DNA of 64,000 bases, from positions 1,050,159 to 1,114,158 of the forward strand of contig RHPI01003156.1 in assembly GCA_009103225.1 (NCBI GenBank). Direction: 5' to 3'. Every line of letters begins with the position of its first letter. Within the stretch, counting starts at the first letter, position 1. Positions 1-12,314 of this stretch are shown one piece after another. Below the pieces are notes generated by a model. That model saw nothing but the letters and a program-made list of their open reading frames with translations, searched no databases and had not been told where the DNA came from. The stretch is from Chlorokybus atmophyticus. Its lineage: Eukaryota > Plantae > Mesostigma and Chlorokybus algae. A program made the translations under genes and the position numbers.

Positions 1-3000
1 GGAATCAAAGGATGGGGATGCTTGTGAACCTCCTTGCAGTGGTTGCACATGTCAAAGTCTGGGCAGGTCTCGCAGCGCCATCCGCGGCCGATCTCAATCT
101 CACTTTGACAGATGTTGCAGGAGGCCACAAACGCCGGTGCTGTGGGATTGTGAAGGTGGTACAGAACCATCATAGAGGAATGTTTAGCGCGTCGCTGCAT
201 ATCAAATTGGTAGTGATTGCCCTGGCACAGGCTCAGGAACGCCTGGCGAGTGTCAAAGAACTCGCACATCATGATGCCGTCCCTATCAATTGTGTCCGGC
301 GGGATTGAAGGAGCCTCAACACCCATGAATGAGTGACAAACATCTGAGCCGCGAGGATGCCTGTCGCGAGGACTGTGGTCCTGTTATGAGCATGTGTCAG
401 TACCATGAACACTGCTCATGCTCATTGTACCAAGGCAAGATATTATCCTGGCTGAGAGGGACCTCTCTGCTAAGCATCAAAGAGCAAGCAAGGTTGTTGA
501 ATGGGCGACTTGATAAAACTGCACACCTGCTCTTCTACTTGGCACTTGGTGCAAAGATGAAAGTCCTTGCACTCCTGACACGACCATATGTTTCCACTCG
601 AGATATAGCGCCTGCAATGGGCGCAGAAGTGCTGCAGATGCACGAGGATGAAGTCTTCTTTCATGGGCTGTATGGCTTCACCCATCTGCAGACACGCCAA
701 GTCAACAACCAGAGTTTTTGCTGTCGCTTGCATAGAAACCAAGACTCACTACCAAACAGGGAGCTGACAGCACACACCTTGACCATCAGTAGCTGATCAG
801 GTGTTGCATCGTCTGGCACCTGAACTACATTCCCCTTGGGAGCGCTGCGTTTTGTGCTACTGGCCTTTTTGCTTTTGCCTTTCTTCTGCACTTTACGCTT
901 GGCCTCTTCTTTCTGTTCCTCGTCAACTTGCAAAACCATCTCCTCAGCGGCGCCAGGCCAGTAATCGCCATCAAAATAGGGAAGCTCTGTTGCTGACGCC
1001 GGCAACCCGTCCTTGCCTCCAACAAAGAAGGTGTCGAACAGATTGCTGCACTGCACCACAACACGCTGTTCTCGAGACTTGTGCAGCATCTTCAGGTACC
1101 ATTCCCGCAACTTGTCAGCTTTGGGTGTCTTCTGCTGTTCAGGATGGCAATAGAGAATGTAGTCCTCTCCTTTCAACGGGGGGCAAGCCCATATGTATAT
1201 GCTGAAAAAGCCGCGCATCTTCATGTAATGGACATAACCAACCTGCACACAATCAACATAACAATCATGCTCATGGGCACACAGGACACACCAAATGTTG
1301 CATTTGAAATGAACGCCAAGCGCCAGCAAGTGGTGCTTGACGCCACGTTAAAAGACGATGCGGCACTTACCAACACATCATGGTACACGAAGGTACGTAG
1401 CGCTTCGCCGCCGACGGTTCGCACTTCTGGCTGAAAGTACTTCACACTGTCCAGATAGGACAAGTATACCCGTCTTGTATTTGGCGCAGCGGCATCAGAG
1501 CCAAATTCCTGTGGAGCGTGTTACAAAGCTCAGCAACTGCTGCAGAAATAATCAACATGCTCATGGCAGTGCTGATTACAAACGGCCAACTACCTGAGTG
1601 TACATGCCGAAAAGGCAAACATCAACACCATCAATCTTTTGGAATAACAACACAACCTGCCAAGGTGTTAATTTTAGCAACAACAACACAGCAGGCAATG
1701 CGCTCAAGAAGCAAAGTCAGTAACAGGACGTACCTTGGACCGATAAGGGAACTCCCTGGGGAAGCCTTGTGCCCCATACCGTTCAAGGAATCGTGACTTC
1801 ACCTCCATCCGTTTGTCGGTGCACGACACAACACGCAGAGTCAACCCTTCAGCTGTTGAGACCTGCGAATGCCCAACAGGATGAAAACCAACAGCAAGCA
1901 TGCCAACTACATATGGACTTCATGGTGCTTGCACATGAACAGCACGCGTAGCAAACATCGTCAAGCATGCCAGCCCAAGCCAACAGAGTTCTGTGATATG
2001 GTAATCAGTCTTTACCTCACTCTCAGGCTTTCCTAATGCCTGAGCTCGCTGTAACCTTTCCTGCCGCAATGACTCACGAAGGTGGTGCTCCAAAAATTCA
2101 CTGAGGTGTGTGCGTGGTAATTCATGGGGTCCCTTAGGAAGTCCCGTGCGAACGGGGGTGCGTTGCTTTAACTCAATAAGTTCCGAGCAACAGTCTGGAC
2201 ACAGATGCTGACCGCCTCCGCTTTCATTGCGCCTACTATTGAACAACGCACATATCTGATGCTGCCAGGTCTCGCATCGGTCGCACTGCACCCACTGCAA
2301 GCAGGCAACGGGAACGGTTAGGGCATCGTGTCTATATATCAATATGTAACGAAGGTGCTCACAGACATGGTCCAGAAACTCCTTCAACATGGTGAATGCT
2401 GGCACATGTTTCATGCAACAGCACATACGGATTCCTCCATTGGCTCATCATTTTTGCGCTTCTCCATGCTTGATCTGGGCACCAACTGACAACCAGGCAA
2501 ACAAGCATCAAACTCTGCATTCAATAAATACTGCAGAAATAAAGTGCAAAGGTGCTGGTGAACTTGATGTACCTGACCATCCAGTTCAATGGAATCACTC
2601 TTGATGTCACAAAAGCATTGATTGCAAAAGATATGCTTGTTCTCGCCACCGTTGGTGATGGTAATGTAGTACACTGCATTGCGCTTCACCCGGATGCCAC
2701 AACTCGTGCAGTACAGCGGAGGCGGCTCAAAATACAGCTTTTCTTGTAAGCAGGCGCGGCATTGATTTTCCGTCAGATCCTTTACCTTGACCTGGCAACA
2801 GCAGAATGGTATGCATCAGTGGCAATCAGCTGGAAGGAGTGCTGCCAAGCAAACACCACTTGACTACACTCACATTTCGATTGCCTCGTAAAGACCTCAG
2901 GTGTACGCGTATTTGGTCAGCTGTCCAAGTCTGAACCAATGATGTCCATGAGCTCGCCTTTGGTTGTGGCTCAACCTTGGCAGCCTGCAATGGCATGTTG

Positions 3001-5472
3001 CCATTGACCATTGCTGTATTTGGCTCTTCAAGCTTGACCCGCTTAGCCGGAGGTTGCAAAGAATTCGTGTTCATGCTGGAAGTTGCCGCAACCATGGATT
3101 GCAACGCTGCGCCGTTGCTGGTAGTGGCACCAGTTGCAGGACTGGCGGCCCGATTGGATATGGCAAACGCATCAGTACCAGCAGGCAAAGCGGAAGCGGG
3201 CATGCTAGGTGCCGCCCCTGGCAAAGTGCTTCCAGGTACAGCTGCCACACCTGCAGCAGCAGCCTGTGCCTGCGCCTGCCTCTGCCGGATAGCCTCCTTG
3301 ACAGGCCCGCACACAGGACAACGCGCATCGCGACAGCGCTGGTGATGACCAAGAAGCTCACGGGAAGGTAGACATCTTGGATAAGCACACTGCGGGTCTT
3401 TGCAGCTAAGAACATGAAGCCACAACTTTCGCCCCATTACGCAGTGTGGAGTGACCTGGCAAGTTCCCTCTGGGAGTTGGCACTTGCTGGCATGCCGAAG
3501 AAAGAGCAACCACTGTTGTTGTTTGCGGATAAGCAGCTTCTTCTGCTCCAGCATCTGCTCTTGTGTGGCTGATCCATCAGGCAAGGTGCTTGGTGCCTGT
3601 GCAGATGCAGCCGGCGCTGACCCCGGCAGCTGTTGCTGTAGTAACAGCTGCCGCTGCTGCTGTTGAAGTTGTTGTTGTTGCTGTTGTATCACCTGTTGCG
3701 CTTGCAGTGCAGCTTGAGCAGCTGGCTGCTTGCCGACTGACGCTGGTCGCTGGGCTGAGCTTGTGCGTTGTAGCTGCTGAGCTGCATTCTGCTGTGCTTG
3801 CTGCAACAAATGCGGTTGCATGGGGCGCTGTTGCAGCTGCTGTGGACGCTGCTGTTGTTGCTGCTGCTGAAGTCGCTGTTGCTGCTGAAGAAGCTGCTGC
3901 CTTTTGAGCAGTTGCTGCTGTTGCTGTGGAGATAGTATTTGCGTCCCTGCATGTTGCGCAGTGCCGGGTTGCGCCACTGCCGGCAGGCCCCCAGATGCCA
4001 GCGCAGGTGTGCTGGCACCCCAATCCTGCTGTCCTGATGTGCCAAGGGACTGTGCTGTAGAGGACAACAGAGCTGACTGTGGGCCCATCGAAGCATGGCT
4101 GTCCTGCCCAATGCCTGGTGTTGGAATAAACATTGATACTCCTGTACTAGCGCCGTTGGTCATGCCCATGTTTTGTGCGGTACCTGTGGCCAACATGTTA
4201 CCCAGAGATACAACGCTCAACGATTGTGCTGGGCTCAATCCACTATCATTAGCAGTGTGAACATGTGTGAACAAATGTGCAAGGAGAAGCAGCATGCAAA
4301 ATGGCACCTTGACCGCCTCGCTGCAGTTGTTGTGACACTGGCCGGCCAGCAGTGCTGGCAAGTGTGCCATTGGGTATTGTTGCCCCATTCATCATGACAC
4401 CATTATTGACAAACAGCACATTATTCCCAGCCGCCCCAGGTGCACCATTTGTCATGCCTGCGTACAATTGATCCCTTTGCAGTTGTCAACACAATCTATG
4501 CAACAAGCTGTGATGTATGGCTTTCTTGCAATATGGTCACGAAGCAGTGCCATTGAAGATATGCACAAAGTGACGTTGATTACCATTCAACTTGGGTTGG
4601 ACCGCAGCACCAAGGTTGCCAAGCTGCCTGTAATCTGGTGTCCCGCTAGGACGCACCGCGCGTTGAGCATTTGCAGCAGTGACTGCAAGTGCTTGGCCGT
4701 TTATGGGGGCTACGGCACCAGTGCCGCTAGGCTGGGTTGCGGCTGCGGTCTGCGTGTTCATGTCAGATGGCACCTGACCGGGTTGGCCAGTTTGTGGTCG
4801 GTTAGCCATCCGTCGAGCAATCAGTTGCAAGCGTTGCTCTAAGGTGGTTGGATCTGCATACTCCTCCTGAGAACATACAAGATGCACATCAGCTACATGA
4901 CATTGTCGACTATGCCACACCAAACCAAGTTTGCCGTGCTCTAAGCCAAATATGCCAAGTTTTTCCAAGTTTGCCGTGCTCTAGTCAGGGCGTGCATTGA
5001 CAAGTTTGCCAGGATATTGGTGACAGAATAAGCTGCAGGTACTGTTGCAACCCATACTGACCACACTTGGCTATCGAAGCAATCAGAGTGACTTTTCTCA
5101 GAGTGCACTGCTGGACGCGGCGCATACATACCTTTGAACGGGCTGATCGGTACAGTTCCTCTTCCATGCGACGCACAAGATCTGGCAGTTTCTGCTGCCA
5201 ATCCTTGGACCCGTTGCGCTTGCGCTGCTTGAAAAAATCCAGACTGCAAGTATTCGTTCACTGATCACTACTGAGCTACGAACTTGTCCATATGAACAAC
5301 AAACATGAGTCCTGCTTGGCGATAGCATAACATGGTCTCTTCTATGTAAGTGCTGACATGACAGAATTGCACCCAACATGCAGCTCGCGTTAGGGCAAGC
5401 GCAGAACATTACATCTGTTTGAAGATGGCCACCCTTTGTGGTTTGTCTCCATCCGTCTGCCATGTGCGCCAT
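1..5472 (-). CDS. HAC1: CBP/p300-type histone acetyltransferase, plant HAC1-like; multi-exon, 3' end beyond the left edge, start codon uncertain
   Basis: Spliced minus-strand exons give a KIX-like segment ([23 protein letters not shown]|[13 protein letters not shown]), a poly-Q region, TAZ ([15 protein letters not shown]...CPVCGPVK), PHD ([19 protein letters not shown]), HAT core ([13 protein letters not shown]; [14 protein letters not shown]; [10 protein letters not shown]) and two ZZ fingers. [21 protein letters not shown]...[17 protein letters not shown] at about 100-250 is near-identical to plant HAC1. Confidence 0.95.
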
Positions 5473-5796
5473 GATGCGGACGCAACACCAGTGACACCGG
5501 AGCCAGGTGAAGGCGGCACGAATGTCGGTGCCGCAGCAGCAGCTGACTGCATTATAACCGCCTATCCCTTACACCGCTACAGCCATTCCCGGTAATCTTG
5601 CCAGTACTGTTAGGTTACCCAACCGGCCAGGCACTGAGCAGCAGATGAACACCTCAAGCGAAAGGAAGCGTCCATCTGTCCCTCATTGCGCTACATTTCC
5701 GCAGCTATGCTCCAAAGCTCTCAGCTCAGTAACATCATTCCCAGGTCGGCAGCTCATCTTGCTCACGTACGCAGGACTAACAACCCTGCTGAACTC

Positions 5797-5966
5797 AAAC
5801 CCTAATTCCCCACTTTCCCGCGCAAACTAAGACAACCACCCTTGCTGGCGACCACCTCGCTGCTGCCACCGTCCAGCACACCGGCAGCCGCTCCAGGGCG
5901 GCCTCGCCGAAGCTGAGACCGACAGTCAGCCCCAGTGGGGCTGCCCACACCTCCAAGAAACCCTAA
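5797..5966. promoter_or_regulatory. Two telo-box motifs (AAACCCTAA) in the HAC1 upstream/5' UTR region
   Basis: Exact AAACCCTAA at 5797-5805 and 5958-5966. Related AACCCTAA motifs occur near the kinase start (about 27581) and upstream of katanin (about 33068 and 33084). Confidence 0.45.
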
Positions 5967-6736
5967 CACAAGCAATTCACGCAAGAAGCCACAGTGTAAG
6001 CATCCCCCGATACAGAACGCTCCGCCGACAGCCGTGATATATCCTTGGTTCCAGAAGCAACCCGTGCAACCCCAAACGCAAGCACACGACCAGACCGCCG
6101 CTGCCGCCGCCACCACCGCCGTCTCGGCCGCCCCCGCGCCAAGCAGCTAGGGTTAGAGGGCGAAAAGCGTTTTTGCGGGTTGGGTCACTGTCAGAAAGGC
6201 ACACCCCCCCCCCACACAGGTGTGTGACACAACTTGTGTCGCGAGTGCCACTGCACAGCAGGCGACAACAGCTCTTTCCGCCATAGCCTCAAGTCTTAAC
6301 CGCGGTTAGCCCCAGCGAAACGGAGAAAGCGCAGGTTTCGGCGCCCCTCCACCCGCAAGAGGTTTGACATCAACATTGCCAACTGATGTGCTTTAACCGA
6401 GGCGCGACGACGACGGCCTAGGACGCGCTCCCCTGAGGTGATGCCCGGGCGTGCGCCAGCGCTAGCGGTCAGCACTGCGCGGCCCCGGATTCCTGCGAGA
6501 CACGAACGGGAAAATTCACAAGTGCGCGTGGTCATGAGTCCAGTCACCAAGCTACGCGCGAACCGTCGGCACAAGAGCCGCCAGGCAGCAGCGCGGTTAC
6601 TGTCGGCGCTCGACATGCTGCTGCGCCTCAACCCGGATTCTGCAAGCCGGATCGACCGAACCCCGGCAGCACAAAAAATGGCGCCAGGCAGCAGCGGTTA
6701 ACCAGTGCTACGGTTGTGTCGTCGTTGTCCTTCACC

Positions 6737-7867
6737 ATGGCGGCGGCGGCGGTATCCAGCGTCAGCTGGTCGGCGCTGCTGTCCAGGCCTGCTGGAGCTC
6801 TCCGCCGGCCGGCGCCGGCATTGTTGTCGCCGAAGCGGGCCGGCGTGAGGACCGCAGCGTTCGGCTGCAGAAGTCGCCAGCGAGCGTGTGCTGTGGTGGC
6901 TGGCCAAGTGGTGAGAGGAGTGCATGCCAAGCTTCTTGAAGCTACTACTTGCACATTGCTAAGTAGTTACGAACTGTCGTTTATGATTCAAGCGTTAGTA
7001 TAACACATTTACTCAGCTGGTTGATTGTGTTCTGGAATGACAACTTGCTCGCTCGAGTGAAGTTTCTGCTGTGGTCAAAATGCAGGAGAAGCTCAATGCG
7101 GATCAACTTATGACCGCCATTCAGGAGCGGGAAAAGCCAATGGTCATTGATTTCTATGCCAGCTGGTAAGTCCAGTTGTAGCTTTATATGTCCTGGTCGT
7201 ACGCTTCAACATGTCGTTATGGCCATGACCAAGACTTCACCCTTCGTGTCCAACATGCAGAGTACGAGTTGCTTGCCTCCAAAAGATACTTGCATTGGCT
7301 GTTGCTCAAAACAAACTAAGTGCGCATGCATGCATCGTTGTCGCAACCACTGCAAGAAACGCCAGTACTAATGCAAGAGTGTGCCAGGTGTGGGCCGTGT
7401 GTGATGATTGCCGCCGAGTTGGAAAAGGCAAGCATGTTCCGCTATTGAACTCTGAGCGTTGCACGTCGCGCTCGTCAGCTTCATGCTACTCACTCGTAAT
7501 TACTCCTTGTTTGCTTATGCAGCTTGCTGCTGAGATGCAAGACAAGGTCAACATTTACAAGGTTGACACTGAAGAGGAGACTGGCCTTGCCTCAAGCCTA
7601 GAGGTATAAGCAGTACAGATAGCTAAGAACAGTGTATATCTGTATGCAGCAATGATCTTGACTGTTGCCATGCTGCGCAGATTCGGGGGCTTCCGACATT
7701 GGTTTTCATCAGGTTGGTGTTCATGTTCATTGGTGTTCGTTGGTGTTCATATTGGTTGGTGTTCATTGGTTCAATCATTCAGCGGTGACAAATCCAAGCC
7801 GGCATTGCGAACTGAGGGGTTGATTCCGATGGAGACAATAAAGGAGATCATTGAGAACGAGCTATAA
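6737..7867 (+). CDS. TRXz: Plastid thioredoxin z (CITRX) with transit peptide; 6 exons
   Basis: Ala/Ser/Arg-rich transit peptide, then spliced EKLNADQLMTAIQEREKPMVIDFYASW|CGPCVMIAAELEK|LAAEMQDKVNIYKVDTEEETGLASSLE|IRGLPTLVFIS|GDKSKPALRTEGLIPMETIKEIIENEL*. The WCGPC site and the RGLPTL and RTEGLIP motifs are diagnostic of TRX z. Confidence 0.93.
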
Positions 7868-8110
7868 TACGGCCTTGTCTGCCATGCAGTGTGCACCGTT
7901 GTGGTGTTTTGCCTTGTGGGTGGTGAGCTGTACAGTTGTCAATAAAGAGTACTCGTGACGTGGTGCATATGGATCAAAAAGCTCAATTGATGCATACGGT
8001 CAATGAGTCTGTAGTGGCATGTTGCGCAGCTGGCGAAAATTATCTGTGGTCTTACAATCAGTTGTTGTTGTGGTCCTGCCAGTTTGTTTTGTACACAGTG
8101 TGCAGCTAGC

Positions 8111-9983
8111 TTATGCGCACTGCCTGACTGCCTCGGTTGGTATCATCTTGCTTGCACCACCTGTGTGGTGGTGAATCACAGCCCACTCTTCACGACCTTG
8201 ATTTGCCAGTGCCATCGCTTCCTTAAACAAGAGGTCTGCGCCGTCATAGTCAAAAACGGCGACAATGCTCACCCGCGCTCTTCTCCCTATCACCTGCAGG
8301 ACAAGCATACGTCAGCTGTAGTTCCTGGTTGAGGCCAACGACTCAGGCAGGCAGCATGTGCAAGGTCTTTTCATGCAAATCTATGTTGTGCACCTGCCCA
8401 AGCTTGGACCGTGTTAAGGCAAAGATGACTGGGACTTCAGATGCCTTGGCGGCAGCGAGTATGCTGTCCACTGTACAGTCCAAACCACCTGCAATGATAG
8501 TCAGCCTCAAAACCGCCGTCACAGATAGCCCGCAGGCGATGCAATTGTAGATCATTGCACGGCACCTTCAGAGGTAATCTCCTCGATGTTGGGTGTCACA
8601 ATAATACATCGCGCACGCTTTGTTCGAAGTGACTTGGCTACCTCCCTTAAGCCAAACACAAGCCGCCGTTTCTTTTTGGCCTAGCAGCAACAGCAACCGT
8701 CAAATGCACTGCATCACTGCCATGAGAGCGAATAATGTCTACCTGTAACGTCTCCTACCTTTATAGGGTCCTTGGCAGTGGCACGCTCTTGAAAACGAAG
8801 CAACTCTGCCAGCAGGCTAAGGACTGCTTTATTCAGCTCCGTTGTTATGATCTGGTCCACATAACTGCAGTGACGTGTCGCTCGGTTTGGGTATGGCACA
8901 TGCAGCAATGCATGTGTTGGGTGCAATTGACGACAGAAGGCAGCAAGTTACAGCCAAACAAAGCGGTGAAGTGCGCTATGCAGACTGGGCACTGTGCCTG
9001 AGGGAGACATACTGACCGTATGTTCACATCAGGACCAATGTATGTCGTTGGTTTTGCAGGAGACGTTGATGATGCTGGCCGCGAGCGTTCAGCCGCAGCT
9101 TGTGAAGCAGCAGGCAAACATTCGGACTCCCAACTAGCAGCATCATGACCATCAATACCCGAATTGCCATCGCTGTTGTCATCAAGTGTTATGTCTTGCA
9201 AGCATTCAACGCACTGGTCCTCAACGTCGCTTCGGCTGTCATTGATAACCCCATCTTGCTGCTGCAGTCGCTCTTTCAGAATGACCTTTTTTAAAGTGGA
9301 AAGCTTCGGCTTGGACTTTCCATCGAGTCGCTCTTTCCGCCTCCTCACAACTAGCTTGTGTCCAAAGCAAGCATTGCAACAACAACTCAGCCAGCATAGC
9401 AACTCTCCCAGTTTCAGAGCAATGCTACTTCAACGTATGCAACCAAAGCATGTACAGTCTATGCATGCTACAGACATAACCGTAGCTAGCTTCCGCACCT
9501 CACTGGACTGAGCGCTGTTGGGGTTGACGACCACCTCCTTCCCCTTGACGCCAGTGGCAGCCGCTGTGGCAGAGGCGACGGAGGCAGCGGGCTCGCGGTA
9601 GTACCTGGATATGGAAGGCGCGGTGCTGGAAAACACCTTCGGCTTGCTGCTGCCGCCTGCGCCCGCCGCCTCGGCAGCCACACCTGCAGGCGGCTGCGCG
9701 CGGCAAGCAGCTTTTGTCAAAAGCACAGTCAAAAGCTTGTGCGTACGCTTGAATGAGTTAAAGCTTGCTTCTACTTCTGCTTCCCAACACAAATGCCAAA
9801 ACGAGCACATGCGTTGAACACAGACAACAAGCCTACCTGCCCACTCTACCAGCTCACCAGCAGGTCACAAAGCTGCCACTGCACCGGCGCCCTGCGCCTT
9901 CCGCTGCGCCCGCTGCGCCCTCTCCCCTGCTGCTGCTGCTGGTCGCTCCCAGTAGCTGAAGGCGACTTTTTCACCGAGCCCAT
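8111..9983 (-). CDS. SECISBP2: SECIS-binding protein 2 (L7Ae family), multi-exon
   Basis: K-rich motif KERLDGKSKPKLSTLKKVILKER; YVDQIITTELNKAVLSLLAELLRFQER; KKKRRLVFGLREVAKSLRTKRARCIIVTPNIE; GGLDCTVDSILAAAKASEVPVIFALTRSKLG; VSIVAVFDYDGADLLFK. ATG at 9983 (MGSVKKSP...). Confidence 0.92.
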
Positions 9984-11241
9984 TGGTTAGCAGACAAGTA
10001 CTGCTGGTGAACTCTAGGCCCGTCTAAAGCAGCATGGGTGTGCGCCACGCCAACGTCAAGCATTTCGCTGTTGCCCGTAGCTACGCTGGTAGCGGACGTG
10101 GTTTGTCGGTGCATGCTGCGCGAGTTAATACTGTCAATGGATAATCTGTGCTTACATCATGCATTATTCTATTACTAATATCAAGTGTACATACAATGCA
10201 TGGCGTGCTTGCTCATGCATCGTGTCATGCATTGTAGGTCACCGTGCACACAGTATACAGCAGGCGCACATCCTCATATACATGAATAAAAGATGCAAAA
10301 ACTCGCACATGCATATCTATGTAAAGATGCAATGCACACCCACTCACCACCTGACCACCGGGCTAAAGCATGCGCCTGCATGCTATCTACCAACTACCTC
10401 TACCCTTATCACTACTGCCCCCTTGTCAGACGTGCATGCATGCATAAATGTTGCCGTTACATGCACAAGCGCTATATAATAAATTTTTCAAGCGTATAAT
10501 TGAGGTTTTTTATGCTGCTTACAGCTGATTGTCTGTATTAACCCTTGTATTCCAACATGGGGTGTTTGCATAGTCTCGATGCAACGCGTCCAGCTTCAAG
10601 CTACGTCAATTTGGCACCTTACTTGCATTGTCGACATATGATGATCAATTGTGTTTGCGCGCACAACTTGCGTAACGTTAAACATGATGCGTTATATCAG
10701 GTTGCACAATATGCAACATTAATATGATGACGTACCATACGTCATCAGATAATATGAGAGTGTATATATTATGTATGACAACACATATTGGTGCATACAC
10801 AACAATACAGCTCAAGCTACATGCAACATCACCATGCGTAGCATGAACCATCTTACAACCCCTTATTATGCACTAGCATGCCAGCTTTATGAGCAAAGTA
10901 CTATACTGTATGGTAAAGCAGTTGCAAGGGCAAGCCATCATTCCTCGTGGGCGGTTGGATAACCCATATGCAAATAAGATCGTAATCGCCCTTAAAAATT
11001 GCGCAACACGCTTCAAGCTAAGTTAGCACAATGCAGCGCATATGTACAAGCTCTACGCTGCTCGTAAATGATCATGAAGCCCGACATGCGGCTATCTAGC
11101 AATCCCCCATGCTCAACCAAGAGGTGCACACAAGAATAAACATTTGAAAATAGGCATTAAGAGTGCCAAGCAGGATGCAAAGGGGTTTACCGCCATTGTG
11201 ATGAATCTGCCTTCTTGGGACTGGTGGCCTCGGAGCCGGAT

Positions 11242-11623
11242 TGCGACCTACGCGTAATACAAGAGATTAATATCACAACATTATGATGTACAACATGATG
11301 TAGCGCTCAACCATACTGGGGAGCACGTGTAAAGGTGGTGGCCGAATGCCGCAGTACAACAACCACGTGCCTGGACTTCTGGCCCTGGAGTTAAGTTCAT
11401 GCTTTCGATGGCCGAGACGTGACACTTTGAGTGCGACCCACGCGTAATACAAGAGATTATTATCACAACATCATGGTGTACAACATGATGTAGCGCTCAA
11501 CCATACTGGGGAGCACGTGTAAAGGTGGTGGCCGAATGCCGCAGTACAACAACCACGTGCCTGGACTTCAGGCCCTGGAGTCAAGTTCATGCTTTCGATG
11601 GCCGAGACGTGACACTTTGAGTG
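11242..11623. repeat. Tandem duplication of a 190-bp unit ending in a hairpin
   Basis: TGCGACC..GACACTTTGAGT starts at 11242 and again at 11432, with a few substitutions. The second copy ends in the perfect hairpin ACGTGACAC-TTTGA-GTGTCACGT. Confidence 0.9.
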
Positions 11624-12314
11624 TCACGTTCAAAGGACTGGCTTATGTCACTCTCTCTCAATTCTTTATTTATTTGATAAGTAAAAAGGACCAAGGGAGG
11701 ATTTTGTATAATCGCAATGTGTAGCACATGGCATGCGTGCTCATGAGCTTAGCTTATGCACTCAATGTATGAGGACATAGCAAGCTACACAAGGCGCTGA
11801 CCAATAGTAAGTACATGACTACTGCAAAGACACGTACATTACAACCCACATTCACGTTTATTTTTTATTTTTACCTTTTGCTATGATGATAATAAAAGTC
11901 AATAAGATGCATTGATGTTGCAATTAACAAAGCCTTGTAACATCTTATTAAAATTTGAACCCCAGGCAATTGATACTTATTGTGGGGTTGTAATATACGT
12001 GTCTTTACGGTAGTCAGTTTGAAGCGCAGAGTCGCTAAAGCAGCAAGAGTGCTGTCTATGCTGATGTATCCGAGGGTGGACAAAGTCGGCCTGTGCTGAC
12101 AGGGCAGCGCACAAGTGGCGAGGCCCTGTTGGCCTCGGACCGTTTATGTGCCAGGTCTAAGAGCAGCGGTTTGTATAAAGGCATGGCTACCACCTTGGTG
12201 GTAAGGAGTTGCTGGCCTTGCAAGACCACGGTACTTGTGTGTGGGGTCCCTAGCTAAAGTTGTTGAAGGGGCTCTCCCCATTTACTCCCTTGTGGGTTGT
12301 GGCTGGTTGCAAGG

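Noticed and set aside
2964-4260. Many overlapping plus-strand and alternative-frame ORFs
   Set aside because: Shadow ORFs of the GC-rich, CAG-repeat HAC1 exon. The same applies to shadow ORFs over NELFB, the kinase and PTPDC1.
6296-6701. ORFs of 87-111 aa between HAC1 and TRXz
   Set aside because: GC-rich divergent promoter/UTR region with no homology signal.
7160-7410. TRXz as a selenoprotein, given the adjacent SBP2
   Set aside because: Both active-site residues are TGT Cys codons; there is no in-frame TGA and I recognised no SECIS.
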